This document shows, piece by piece, positions 48,251 through 57,446 of a stretch of 59,991 nucleotides of DNA. The DNA comes from an uncultured Gammaproteobacteria bacterium (GTDB taxonomy: Bacteria > Patescibacteriota > Microgenomatia > Daviesbacterales > UBA10151), in NCBI GenBank assembly GCA_964551605.1, contig CAZKCV010000001.1, positions 1 through 59,991 on the forward strand, written 5' to 3'. The position numbers and the translations under genes are program-made. The notes below the pieces were generated by a model, which saw only the letters and a program-made list of their open reading frames with translations, was not told the DNA's origin and did not search any database. How positions within the stretch are numbered: position 1 is the first letter of the stretch; every line of letters begins with the position of its first letter.

Positions 48251-49513
48251 TTATTGCTGTTTCTTTAAAACCACATTAGAAAAACTCCCGGCGCCGGAAT
48301 AAACCCTTTCAATTACTGCAAAGTACTGGTTGCTGCCGATAGTAAAGGTCGCGGGTGCGATGTGAGTTGTCCTGTACTGACCGGACTCATAAACATCCGC
48401 CTGAATCACCCCATCACCGGAGACAGTTCCGGAGAGTTGATAAGTACCGGGCACAAAAGATTGAGGATTGCCAACCCACTGGACTCTTTGATCTGATTTA
48501 TATAAAGCCACATTAGAAAAGTTGGTTGAGGAGGCAACGGTAAAATCACAGGCAATTCCTGCTGCTTGTTCTGAAGCATTGCTGGGCCAAACCCGCCAAT
48601 GATAAGTTTTACCGGGGGTTAAATTAATGGGCCTGCCCAAATCAGCTCCGGCATTTCTGCCTTCACTACCACTAAAAGAGGTACCCGGGATATCGTTTCT
48701 GATTATAACTTCCTGCCAGGTATCAGTTGGAGCAAGTCTGAAATGATACCCGGGAGCACCGGAAACTGCCGACCAAGTAAAAGTCACATTACTAGGATTT
48801 ATTATCGAACCATTGCCGGGTGAAGCACAGGCAGCAGGAGGAGAAGTGGAAGTCTGACTGTTGTTAGCAGCTCTCAGTATGGCTGCAAAGTATTGGTTTC
48901 CCGAAATTCGAAACGCTTCATCCTTCCCGGTAGTACTTTGATACTGGTTAGGGTTCGTCCCTGCTTGAGGGACATAAACATCAGCCTGGATAGACCCGCC
49001 CGTGTTTGTACCTGTCAACTTGTAAAAACCGGACGAAGCCGGAGCAGTACTACCACCAAACCACTGGACGTTTTGCCCACCGGATGGAACTGCAAAATTT
49101 TGCATACTGCCTAAAGTGCCGTTAGTTAACAAGCTAGTTAAAGTAATGCTGCCAGATCGCATATCTGCCGACAGCAGGTTGCCGGACCAGCTGATGGAAG
49201 GGGAAGAGGGTGGGGTAGGAACCGGGGTCGGGACAGGAGTTGGGGTAGGGGTATTCCCGGAACCTAATCTGGAGGTAAGCCGCAAAGTAATCGGCTGGTC
49301 TGCCCTTAAAACTACCCAGTTGTTACCCCTTTGCTCAACATTACTTCCGCTGAATTCAATCGGCTCTCCCGTGGCCCGGGACTTAAAAATCTGCTGCTGG
49401 GTAATCAAAAATACCCCCACCGGCAGGGCCAGCAGCAAGACCGCTAATATAATAAGGTTCCTTTTCTTTTGGAAAAGCTCCGAATTCCTTAGGTTGTCAA
49501 AAATTTCTCTCAT
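48251..49513 (-). CDS. Surface protein (420 aa) paralogous to its neighbours
   Basis: TM + QQQIFKSRATGEPI; FN3-like module shared with the 1132-aa protein; internal duplicated module (IQADVY..NQYFA). Confidence 0.75.
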   Translation of the reverse strand: MREIFDNLRNSELFQKKRNLIILAVLLLALPVGVFLITQQQIFKSRATGEPIEFSGSNVEQRGNNWVVLRADQPITLRLTSRLGSGNTPTPTPVPTPVPTPPSSPSISWSGNLLSADMRSGSITLTSLLTNGTLGSMQNFAVPSGGQNVQWFGGSTAPASSGFYKLTGTNTGGSIQADVYVPQAGTNPNQYQSTTGKDEAFRISGNQYFAAILRAANNSQTSTSPPAACASPGNGSIINPSNVTFTWSAVSGAPGYHFRLAPTDTWQEVIIRNDIPGTSFSGSEGRNAGADLGRPINLTPGKTYHWRVWPSNASEQAAGIACDFTVASSTNFSNVALYKSDQRVQWVGNPQSFVPGTYQLSGTVSGDGVIQADVYESGQYRTTHIAPATFTIGSNQYFAVIERVYSGAGSFSNVVLKKQQ

Positions 49514-49520
49514 TTATTCC

Positions 49521-49883
49521 TTATGGACACCAACCGCCCGCGGGCGGAGGTTCATAACATGGCTCTTGCGGGTTAAGACAAACAATAGTCGGTCTGGGGA
49601 CACACGCCGCCGGGCTTGCAGGAGACCCCAGGGGAGAACTTAATTCCAGGGAAATTTTGGCGCCTTTTTTGGCTACCCATTCCAAACCGCCACCCGGCCT
49701 AGTTCTTTGGAATACCCCCAAGGTTTCCCTTATTACAATCGGTTCCCCCGTGGCCCGGGACTTAAAGATTTGTTGGTTTTTAATTAAGTTAATGCCTATG
49801 GGAACTGCCAAAATTAGTATCCCTAAAAGGAGTAGGGTAATGAAGTTTTTTTTATGCTTAAAAAGTTCTGAAAATTCTCCCAT
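49521..49883 (-). CDS. Short surface protein (120 aa) with the same N-terminal module and a Cys/Pro tip
   Basis: TM + NQQIFKSRATGEPI; DNA-level similarity to the neighbour's 5' end. Confidence 0.7.
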   Translation of the reverse strand: MGEFSELFKHKKNFITLLLLGILILAVPIGINLIKNQQIFKSRATGEPIVIRETLGVFQRTRPGGGLEWVAKKGAKISLELSSPLGSPASPAACVPRPTIVCLNPQEPCYEPPPAGGWCP

Positions 49884-49975
49884 TGGAAAAGGGCTCTATC
49901 TCTATACTTCCATTATTTAATATAGTTTGTCAATAGTTGAGAATATATTGTACGACGAAGTACAATTTAGGAAAA

Positions 49976-50518
49976 TCAGCGCAAGCTGGCGTTTTTGCGG
50001 TTAAGAAAGTTTTGCTTGTGATTAATGTACTCAAAAAAGCGGGGTTTTGCTTGAAATTCAAATATTTTTAGATCTTCCAAATGCGGATAGGGTAGGAGTA
50101 AAAAGCTTTTAGTTGTAGAAAGGCTCAGGAATTTTTCTAACTTTAAAGCATTTGTATCCCCACATTCAACTGGAAAACACAAACTCTTATCAATTACATC
50201 AACTTCAAAACCAATTAAGGGGTATTCATAAACAATATCTGCTCTGGAAACTCCCAAGTTATCAACTAAATAATTTGCAGCAAATGTCTTTAAAACTAAG
50301 TGGGTTAAACTTTCTCCTTCTGTTAAAAGAGCTTCTCTTGAACTTGCTGCCTGATCTAATCTCTCTTCAAACTGGCCATGATCAGCTAAAATTTTAGAAG
50401 ATAATTTCAATAACCCTCCCTGATACATCCAGGTAATCTCATCTATATTCGCCCAATCAATGTTTGGACTAAAATTACTGTAAAAGATCTTTAAGAAATC
50501 ATGATTAGACCTTGTCAT
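49976..50518 (-). CDS. Hypothetical protein, possible PD-(D/E)xK nuclease fold
   Basis: H.VLK..., EYP..GFEVDV..PVECG pattern; AT-rich DNA. Confidence 0.5.
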   Translation of the reverse strand: MTRSNHDFLKIFYSNFSPNIDWANIDEITWMYQGGLLKLSSKILADHGQFEERLDQAASSREALLTEGESLTHLVLKTFAANYLVDNLGVSRADIVYEYPLIGFEVDVIDKSLCFPVECGDTNALKLEKFLSLSTTKSFLLLPYPHLEDLKIFEFQAKPRFFEYINHKQNFLNRKNASLR

Positions 50519-51135
50519 ATTTTATAAGGATTAAACAAATTAATTAACCTGATGAAATTTTCTATTGTGACTATCTTCCATCCTAAAGGGAGTTTTGTAA
50601 TTTTTTTCAAAACCCAGCTATCAATTTTATTTTGTTTATAGAAACTATTAACAACTATATAAAGTTTTAGATTTAAATTATGATATTTACTAATTTTGGT
50701 ATTAATATTTCCTTGCAAATTCCTAAAATGACCTGTTGTATTGGTCACATCGACTGCGAAATTTTCAGTCCGGTTGTATACGAAAAAATCTATTCTATCC
50801 TTAAATTTACCAACTCTTCTTTGTATATGAACGAATGGCTCACCGAATTTATTTATGAGGATTTTTTCTACTTGGTGCTCAAATTTTAACCCAGCCCTAT
50901 TCACTTGATTAGCTATTTTTGATCTATATTGACCTATACCAAGGTGTATATCATTATATCCCAAATCCTTTCTCACTTTTACCATCCCACCAAATTTCAT
51001 TTGTATCCATCTTGAAGAAGGTAAATAATCAATATTATCTAAATCATTTACAGTAGGGAATCTATCGTTTTCCTTGTAAAAACGATCTATGCCTTCCCTT
51101 AAATCTTCTAAATTCCAAAGTTTATATTTTCCCAT
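50515..51135 (-). CDS. Putative PD-(D/E)xK nuclease with an N-terminal homing-endonuclease-associated-repeat-like domain
   Basis: F.KENDRFPT..D..LPS..IQ.KFGG; G..FE..V..IL, RIDF, AVDV..T. Start taken at MGKYKL (51135). Confidence 0.55.
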   Translation of the reverse strand: MGKYKLWNLEDLREGIDRFYKENDRFPTVNDLDNIDYLPSSRWIQMKFGGMVKVRKDLGYNDIHLGIGQYRSKIANQVNRAGLKFEHQVEKILINKFGEPFVHIQRRVGKFKDRIDFFVYNRTENFAVDVTNTTGHFRNLQGNINTKISKYHNLNLKLYIVVNSFYKQNKIDSWVLKKITKLPLGWKIVTIENFIRLINLFNPYKI

Positions 51136-52144
51136 TCTTTTCAGGCTTTTCTGCAAGTGGATGATAACGTCTGTGGGAATCTTCAGCGAACCGGTCGGAA
51201 GCATTAACATATCTAGTTGTGGTATTTAATGATTCGTGTCCTAGAAGCATTTGAATTGCAACAGGAGAAGCGCCTTCTTCAGCCAAATAAGTAGCAAAGC
51301 CGTGGCGTAACGAGTGAGCGCTGGTCGGAACTATAATACCTAGTTTTTCTCTGTAACTTTTAATTTTAGCTTGCAGGTAATTAGGCGAAATTCTGCAATC
51401 TTTTGTACCCATTCTTCGTCCTTTTTGAGGAACAAACAAAGCAGGCAAAGTATCCTGTCTTATTCTAAGATAAGTATCGATTAAAGACATGGCTCTTTCT
51501 GTCAAGTAAACAAATCGTTCTTTCTTACCCTTACCCATAATAAAAATTCTGCCGCTTCTATCAATATCTTTTCTGTTTAAAGAAAGTAGTTCAGAAATCC
51601 TCATACCGGTTGCAAATAACACCTCCAGCATAGCTCTATTTCGAGCTGCTACTATAGGATCACTTTCCAAAATCGAAGGGGATTCTATTAAAGATACTAA
51701 TTCGTTTAATTCTGCTACTTTATAATGCTTTTTCTCTTTTCGTACCATTCTTATACTTTCCGGCTGGACTGGAATTTTATAATCCTGAAAGATTAGGAAC
51801 TTTAAATAACTTCTAAAAGAGGACAGTATTCTATTTATGGAGCCGCTTTGCAGTTTAGAAAAAGCCTCTTGCTCGTAAATTGCAGTTTTACGGTCAGTTG
51901 ATAAAAGATATGCTTTATAATGTTCAATGTCGGCCTTGGTTATTTGATCAAATTCCTTTTTTATTTCATTTTCCAAAAAATAGGTGAGAGTAAGCAAATC
52001 CCGTTCATAGTTGTACATTGTTTCGGAAGAGTAATTGTCAGTCTGCAAATGCAGTAAGAATTCATCAAAGAGAGGCAAGGAAATTTTCTTTTTTGCTTCA
52101 GCAGGCGAGCTTAACATAATGAGTGTTAGATTGATTATACTCAT
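51122..52144 (-). CDS. Tyrosine recombinase/integrase
   Basis: RNRAMLEVLFATGMRISEL, GKGKKER, HSLRHGFAT, LLGH, TTRY. Confidence 0.92.
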   Translation of the reverse strand: MSIINLTLIMLSSPAEAKKKISLPLFDEFLLHLQTDNYSSETMYNYERDLLTLTYFLENEIKKEFDQITKADIEHYKAYLLSTDRKTAIYEQEAFSKLQSGSINRILSSFRSYLKFLIFQDYKIPVQPESIRMVRKEKKHYKVAELNELVSLIESPSILESDPIVAARNRAMLEVLFATGMRISELLSLNRKDIDRSGRIFIMGKGKKERFVYLTERAMSLIDTYLRIRQDTLPALFVPQKGRRMGTKDCRISPNYLQAKIKSYREKLGIIVPTSAHSLRHGFATYLAEEGASPVAIQMLLGHESLNTTTRYVNASDRFAEDSHRRYHPLAEKPEKNGKI

Positions 52145-52921
52145 AATAATAGGTTCAGGCAGGCTTTGTCAAGCATCTAATTGAGTCTAAGCTTACGATA
52201 AGCTAGGTAAACTATTAGGATTTCCATTGCTTGCTGAGAAGCAACCTGTGCGAAGAATAAACAAAAGTCTAACAAAGAAAGCATACTACACAAACAAGGA
52301 AGCGTACCTAAAACGCTGTCTATACTAGCTATTTTCAGCTCTTTTAAGGCTAGTTAGACACGAGGCCTTGGAAGGCCCCAAAAACGGCTTTCTAGGGGAT
52401 AAGACGTAGGATAGGTCATCTATAGTTTAGATTGTTACAGAAACCTAAACCTATGTGTTAAGTGGCAATAAATTGAAAAGGAAAAATGACAGAAAATTTA
52501 GACGGGAACTATTGTTTTTAAACTGCATTAAATATTTTCATAAATTCCTCCATCTTATCCATTAATCTTTATAGCTTTGGGAACCCAAGACCACTTCTCC
52601 GTTTTTTCTTATTTCCATATTGTGCGACATCAATCATATAGGGAAGGATTATGGAAGAGAGAAATAAGGGATACTATGATATTGGGATATTCATTAAGGA
52701 TACATGGTCTCTTTATATCGTAATATCCTTATATCCATACCCAAAGAGAGCAGCCTTCTCCTCTCCCGACCTTCGGGTAATGTTTAGCAACTATCAACAG
52801 AGTATGCCAGAAATAGGCACACAAATACCTTATAGTTTTCCACATTTATACCTAGCAATTATATCATACTATATCATCCGTAGTTTTCACGAAATATCCT
52901 GTAGTTTTTCACACTTCCCCA

Positions 52922-53704
52922 TTATCCTGCCCAGGAGGTGGCAAAGAAGCTGACCAAAAGTACCGCCACCCCGATCCCCACATACTCCCAGACTACCCTT
53001 TTATTGATTTTACCCCTTAGTTTCTGGGTAGCCAAGCCTAAAAATACATACATTGCAGAAGATAAGGATAATGACCAGATAATCGTCGGAGAAGGCCAAA
53101 ATGACAAGCTCAAAGCCAACTCCCCTAAGATCAAGCTTAATATAAAGCTTTGCATGACTATTGCTGAACTGATTTTATCCTCCATCGAAATTGTCCAAAG
53201 CACCTGTAAAATCAACAGAAAGCTAAATATTAAAACAATAATCCCGTTCCAAAAAAATAACAGATTAAAGGCAAATATGACGTTATAGAGAAAAAAAGCT
53301 GATAACAGAGTAAATAAGAAACTGGCCGTAGAGGCAGCCCGGTATAGCGGTATTGTTCTAAGGCTGGCTACATTAAAGACATTCTGGGCTAAAAGCAGCA
53401 AATAAAAAGTTAAGCCAAACAGAACCGCTACCGGCAGCCTGGTTAACCACCTAATGGGCAGGAGAAAATAAAAGCTGGCCACAGCTACAGTGAAAAAGGT
53501 CGGTAAAATCATCAGCACAAAAGCTTTTGTTAAATTTAACCCTTCCCATAAAGACCAAAGAGAGAGTACGTAAGCTAATACTGCCAGTCCCCCCAGAAAT
53601 CTAAACCTTAAATTAAAATCCACCAACTGGGTTGATAATAACCCTATAGTTAATAAGACTGAGCTTAAAATTATCTTCTGCCTTTTATTGATATATAAAT
53701 TCAT
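52922..53704 (-). CDS. Polytopic membrane protein of unknown function
   Basis: About 8 hydrophobic segments; start taken at MNLYIN (53704). Confidence 0.75.
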   Translation of the reverse strand: MNLYINKRQKIILSSVLLTIGLLSTQLVDFNLRFRFLGGLAVLAYVLSLWSLWEGLNLTKAFVLMILPTFFTVAVASFYFLLPIRWLTRLPVAVLFGLTFYLLLLAQNVFNVASLRTIPLYRAASTASFLFTLLSAFFLYNVIFAFNLLFFWNGIIVLIFSFLLILQVLWTISMEDKISSAIVMQSFILSLILGELALSLSFWPSPTIIWSLSLSSAMYVFLGLATQKLRGKINKRVVWEYVGIGVAVLLVSFFATSWAG

Positions 53705-53715
53705 TACTCTATTCC

Positions 53716-54249
53716 CTATTTGGCCACCATCTTTAATACATGACAAATAGCAATAGCTAAGGCATCCGTGGCATCATCCAAATGCCCACCCTTCCAGTTT
53801 ACTTTCAGCTTATTTCTTCTTCTGCCGGCTGTACCCAAAAACCTTCTCACCCCGTCATGGACCTGGTTTTTGTCAGCCCTGCCTGAGCCGGCTACCATTA
53901 ATTTGACCTGGGGGCCGGTATAATCCTGGAAAGGTATTTTATGCTGGGAGGCTGTCAGCATGATGACTCCCCTTGCCTGGCCCACCATGATGGCAGTTTT
54001 GGTATTGGCGCCAAAAAATAACATTTCACAAACCATCTGGTCAGGCTTATATTTTTTGATTACCCCGGACAACTCACTATGAATCATATTTAGACGGTCC
54101 TGCATTAATCTCTCTTTAGGCGTGCTTATGTTGCCATAGGAAATCAATTCAATATCATAGTCAAATTCCCTGCCTAAAATATCATCGGGGATTTTAATAA
54201 TTCCATAACCGGTGGTGGCAGTCCCGGGATCAATTCCAAGTATAATCAT
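53716..54249 (-). CDS. ruvC: Holliday junction resolvase RuvC
   Basis: ILGIDPGT..TGYG, CEMLFF, GQARG, VAGSGRADK, DDATDALAIA. Confidence 0.95.
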   Translation of the reverse strand: MIILGIDPGTATTGYGIIKIPDDILGREFDYDIELISYGNISTPKERLMQDRLNMIHSELSGVIKKYKPDQMVCEMLFFGANTKTAIMVGQARGVIMLTASQHKIPFQDYTGPQVKLMVAGSGRADKNQVHDGVRRFLGTAGRRRNKLKVNWKGGHLDDATDALAIAICHVLKMVAK

Positions 54250-55022
54250 AAAAGACTTTCTTCTATATCAAAGTTGGCATAAACTTTTTGCACATCATCC
54301 AGCTCCTCTAATTTCTCTGCAAATTCTAACACCTTTTTTACCATGTCCGGATCTTTAATCTCCACTAAAATATTGGGTTTATAGACCAGCTCCTGGCTCT
54401 CTACCCCGAATCCGGCCTGAGTAATTTTATTACCCATAGTATTTAATTCTGAGCTCTCTGTATATACTAAGTACTTTTGTATATCATGACCCTGAGCGGA
54501 GTCGAAGGGTTCTATATACTCTTCCACATCTTCTGCTCCCAAATCTATTAACTGTAACATTTCCTGTTCCCTGTCGCCTGTAACCTGTTCCCTTACCTTT
54601 ATTTCCCCTTTCCTCTCAAACATATATGCCACACTTCCCTGTCCGGCTAAACTACCGCCACCCCGCTCAAAGATATTTTTAACCTCCTGAAGTGTCCGCA
54701 TTTTATTATCAGTCACCCCTTCTACTAAAAATGCCACTTTACCAGGCCCAAAGCCTTCATACATGACTTCTTCCAGGGTTTGACCGGGCAGTTTTCCCAA
54801 TCCCCTGTCAATAGCCCGCTGGACGTTTTCTTTGGGCATATTAACAGCCTTGGCAGCTTCAGCAGCCATTCTAAGCCTGGGGTTGGATTCCGGATCCCCG
54901 GAAGCACCCACTTTAACTGCTATAGTGATGGCATTGGCAATTTTGGTAAAAGTTAAGCCGCGTTTGATATCCGCTGCCCCCTTCGCACGTTTAATGGTAG
55001 ACCATTTGGAATGCCCGCTCAT
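54246..55022 (-). CDS. yebC: YebC/PmpR family protein
   Basis: MSGHSKWSTIK, NPRLR, YEGFGPG, TDN..RT, LEELDDVQKVY.N. Confidence 0.96.
   Translation of the reverse strand: MSGHSKWSTIKRAKGAADIKRGLTFTKIANAITIAVKVGASGDPESNPRLRMAAEAAKAVNMPKENVQRAIDRGLGKLPGQTLEEVMYEGFGPGKVAFLVEGVTDNKMRTLQEVKNIFERGGGSLAGQGSVAYMFERKGEIKVREQVTGDREQEMLQLIDLGAEDVEEYIEPFDSAQGHDIQKYLVYTESSELNTMGNKITQAGFGVESQELVYKPNILVEIKDPDMVKKVLEFAEKLEELDDVQKVYANFDIEESLL
54485..54593. repeat. Two in-frame inserts in yebC: CCTGAGCGGAGTCGAAGG element and an (AGGGAAC)-type heptamer tract
   Basis: Encode PFDSAQGH and REQVTGDREQ. Confidence 0.65.
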
Positions 55023-55127
55023 AATCTTAAAATCTTAAACCCCTAAGGTTTTTTTTGCAACCTTCAACTACCCAAATAATCTCTTAGTCACTTAGTCATT
55101 AGTACCACCTTAGTAGTCACCCACTAG

Positions 55128-55162
55128 TCACCCTAGGGGTGGATACAGGTTGGCACCCCAGG
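55128..55162. repeat. REP-like element downstream of RAYT3
   Basis: TCACCCTAGGGGTGG..TTGGCACCCCAGG; preceded by TAGTCAC-type repeats. Confidence 0.8.
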
Positions 55163-55188
55163 AAAACAACAGAAGATTAGAGTAATTT

Positions 55189-55860
55189 TTATTCCATTAC
55201 CAAATCTTTTATGTAGGCTAAACTCCTTTGGTAGTCCGCCTGATTTGCCACAAATTCAACATATTTCTCCTTTGTCCCGAATATTTTTAATAGAAAGTTC
55301 GAATCAATAAAGGGAATCTGTTGATCCGTGGCATATGCCGGAAAAGAAGTCCATTCAAAATCAGCTAATTTATCAAACTCAATTATGTATGAAGTTACCG
55401 GGTTGAGATGGATATAGCGGGAAACATGGATGAAATCCTCATCGGTCGCAATCCTTCTAGCCTTAAAAGCATTTTGAAATAAAGCTCCGTTACGGTTATT
55501 TTTCAAATTAAATGCCTTGGCAAAGCTGTTTTGTAAGTTGGAGATAAAGGTAACAATCCCCTTGTCCACAAGCTGTTTTAACAAAAAATGAAAATGGTTT
55601 GGCATAAAAGCAAAAACATAAATTTCCACCAGAGGCGTTATACTTCCCAGAGCATCCAGATACTGCTTCTTCAATTCTGATGTTAAGCTTTTAAATTTGG
55701 ACAGCCTGATTTTTTGGGGAAAGCGATAATAGTCGACTATTTCCAGGGCTTTATTTAAATTATCTTTCTGATTCTGGGCAAAGATATTTTCCCTGGCAAT
55801 TGAACGGTTGAAAACATGATAAATTTCATCGTTGGCAAAAACTACTTGTCGTTGAGGCAT
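55189..55860 (-). CDS. REP-associated tyrosine transposase (RAYT), copy 3
   Basis: YHVFNR, FMPNHFH, SFAKAFN, SRYIHLNP, FEWTS; upstream TTGACA-17-TAATCT. Confidence 0.9.
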   Translation of the reverse strand: MPQRQVVFANDEIYHVFNRSIARENIFAQNQKDNLNKALEIVDYYRFPQKIRLSKFKSLTSELKKQYLDALGSITPLVEIYVFAFMPNHFHFLLKQLVDKGIVTFISNLQNSFAKAFNLKNNRNGALFQNAFKARRIATDEDFIHVSRYIHLNPVTSYIIEFDKLADFEWTSFPAYATDQQIPFIDSNFLLKIFGTKEKYVEFVANQADYQRSLAYIKDLVME

Positions 55861-55885
55861 CCATACACCAGATTAGCCCAAAATA

Positions 55886-55920
55886 CCTGGGGTGTCAATA
55901 TACGACCACCCCTAGGGTGA
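55886..55920. repeat. REP-like element upstream of RAYT3, inverted relative to the downstream copy
   Basis: Reverse complement TCACCCTAGGGGTGG..TTGACACCCCAGG. Confidence 0.8.
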
Positions 55921-55942
55921 AATCCGAAGGATCTACGAAAGA

Positions 55943-55972
55943 TTGACAAGTATCCTGTTTTCTATCTATACT
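55943..55972 (+). promoter_or_regulatory. Sigma70-type promoter of the TPR gene
   Basis: TTGACA-18 bp-TATACT. Confidence 0.55.
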
Positions 55973-55983
55973 TTCTCACCTAG

Positions 55984-56724
55984 ATGGTCAATTCCTCAAC
56001 CTTACCCTCCAGCCTATACCAGCAAGCTATAGATGCAGCCTTAGATTCCAAGTGGGAAGAAGCCTTAAAAATTAATAAAAAAATCATCAAACTGGATCCT
56101 CAAAATATTGATGCCTTAAACCGCCAGGCCAAAGCTTATATGGAACTGGGTAAGTCAAATTTGGCCAAGAAATACTACTCAGAGGTTTTAACAATTGATC
56201 CTTACAACCCGATTGCCCTTAAAAACCTAAAGCTTATGAAATCTTATAAATCAAACGGCCCAAACGGCCAAAATACCCTTTTAGGCTGCCATAACGGCAG
56301 ACTTTCCCCTACTCTTTTCTTACAGGAACCGGGTAAAACTAAAATGGTAAATCTGCTAAAAGTAGCTGAACCGCAAAAGTTATCGCATATTTTTTGCGGC
56401 ATGAAAGTTTTAATGGCTGTTAAAAACCATAAAATCACCATTATTGATGCCAATGGGGATTATCTGGGGGTTTTGCCGGATGATATCAGCCATCATCTGC
56501 TAAGGCTTTATAAAGGCGGCAATAAATATGACCTGTTTATAAAATCCATCCGGGTAAACAGCCTGTCCGTCATTATCAAAGAAACTTTCAGAAGCAAAAA
56601 GTTCAAGAATCAACCCTCATTTCTGGAATACTCGGACTCAAGCTCTACCTCCAACCTGATGCCGAACCTGGACCGCTCTGATGATGAAGATTCAGAAGAT
56701 TCGGAAGACGAACCGGAACTCTAG
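55984..56724 (+). CDS. Tetratricopeptide-repeat protein
   Basis: AIDAALDSKWEEA..DPQNIDALNR.AKAY..DPYNPIA; acidic tail. Confidence 0.8.
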   Translation: MVNSSTLPSSLYQQAIDAALDSKWEEALKINKKIIKLDPQNIDALNRQAKAYMELGKSNLAKKYYSEVLTIDPYNPIALKNLKLMKSYKSNGPNGQNTLLGCHNGRLSPTLFLQEPGKTKMVNLLKVAEPQKLSHIFCGMKVLMAVKNHKITIIDANGDYLGVLPDDISHHLLRLYKGGNKYDLFIKSIRVNSLSVIIKETFRSKKFKNQPSFLEYSDSSSTSNLMPNLDRSDDEDSEDSEDEPEL

Positions 56725-56726
56725 AC

Positions 56727-57446
56727 TCAAATCCTCAAAAGCCGCACTACTCCCTCAGGATTTAAGACCGGCCCGCTGGTGTCACTACCTAAGCTCCTGG
56801 ACCGGAAAAATTCCATCATCTGTTCCGTAGAAAAAGGCTTCGGCACCATGACCAAAGAACCAAAGCTGAAATTCTGAAACATGGAGGCTAATTGGCCTTT
56901 TCTTGCTTCTTCCTTAGCATATACTGCTGCCCTGATTTGGGTTTGGAAAGTCAGCTCTTCTCCCTTTTTTGCTCCCAGGATGATTTGCCAAAAGAATTGG
57001 TCTTCTGCGCCTAATTTAGCTAAACTCTCAAAAATATTACCGACATTTTGGATTTGTTCCCTGGTGTTCCTGACTCCTTCCTCCCAGATAGAGATATGGG
57101 AGCTTAATAAATTCTCAGTATAATCCTCCAATTCCAGAAGGTTCAGGCTTTCCATAAACTTATCCAGGACCTTCCGGGGGCCAAATAAAGTCAGCGCCGC
57201 CTGAGGACCCTTAAAAAGCCTCTCAATGCTTAATATCAAACCTTCTGAAAGCATCAGGTAACCTAACGATCTTAAGGTCTCGGCATTCAGATTAGCGGTC
57301 TGCCTGATAAGGAAAAGGGCATATTCATCCCTTGACGTGTGGGGAATATCCCGGTAGTCCTTCATTGACATAAAGGCCAATACAAAAGATATGGCAACTA
57401 CCAATAAGAAAAGTACGATCCACAAAATCATAAGCTCATTTGTCAA
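56727..57446 (-). CDS. Hypothetical protein with N-terminal TM
   Basis: Hydrophobic N-terminus, long open frame. Confidence 0.65.
   Translation of the reverse strand: MTNELMILWIVLFLLVVAISFVLAFMSMKDYRDIPHTSRDEYALFLIRQTANLNAETLRSLGYLMLSEGLILSIERLFKGPQAALTLFGPRKVLDKFMESLNLLELEDYTENLLSSHISIWEEGVRNTREQIQNVGNIFESLAKLGAEDQFFWQIILGAKKGEELTFQTQIRAAVYAKEEARKGQLASMFQNFSFGSLVMVPKPFSTEQMMEFFRSRSLGSDTSGPVLNPEGVVRLLRI

Noticed and set aside
52150-52460. dif site near the tyrosine recombinase
   Set aside because: No convincing match to the XerC/XerD 11-6-11 consensus could be read by eye
52651-52953. 100-aa ORF in the AT-rich gap
   Set aside because: No motif, atypical composition, overlaps the convergent gene end; likely spurious
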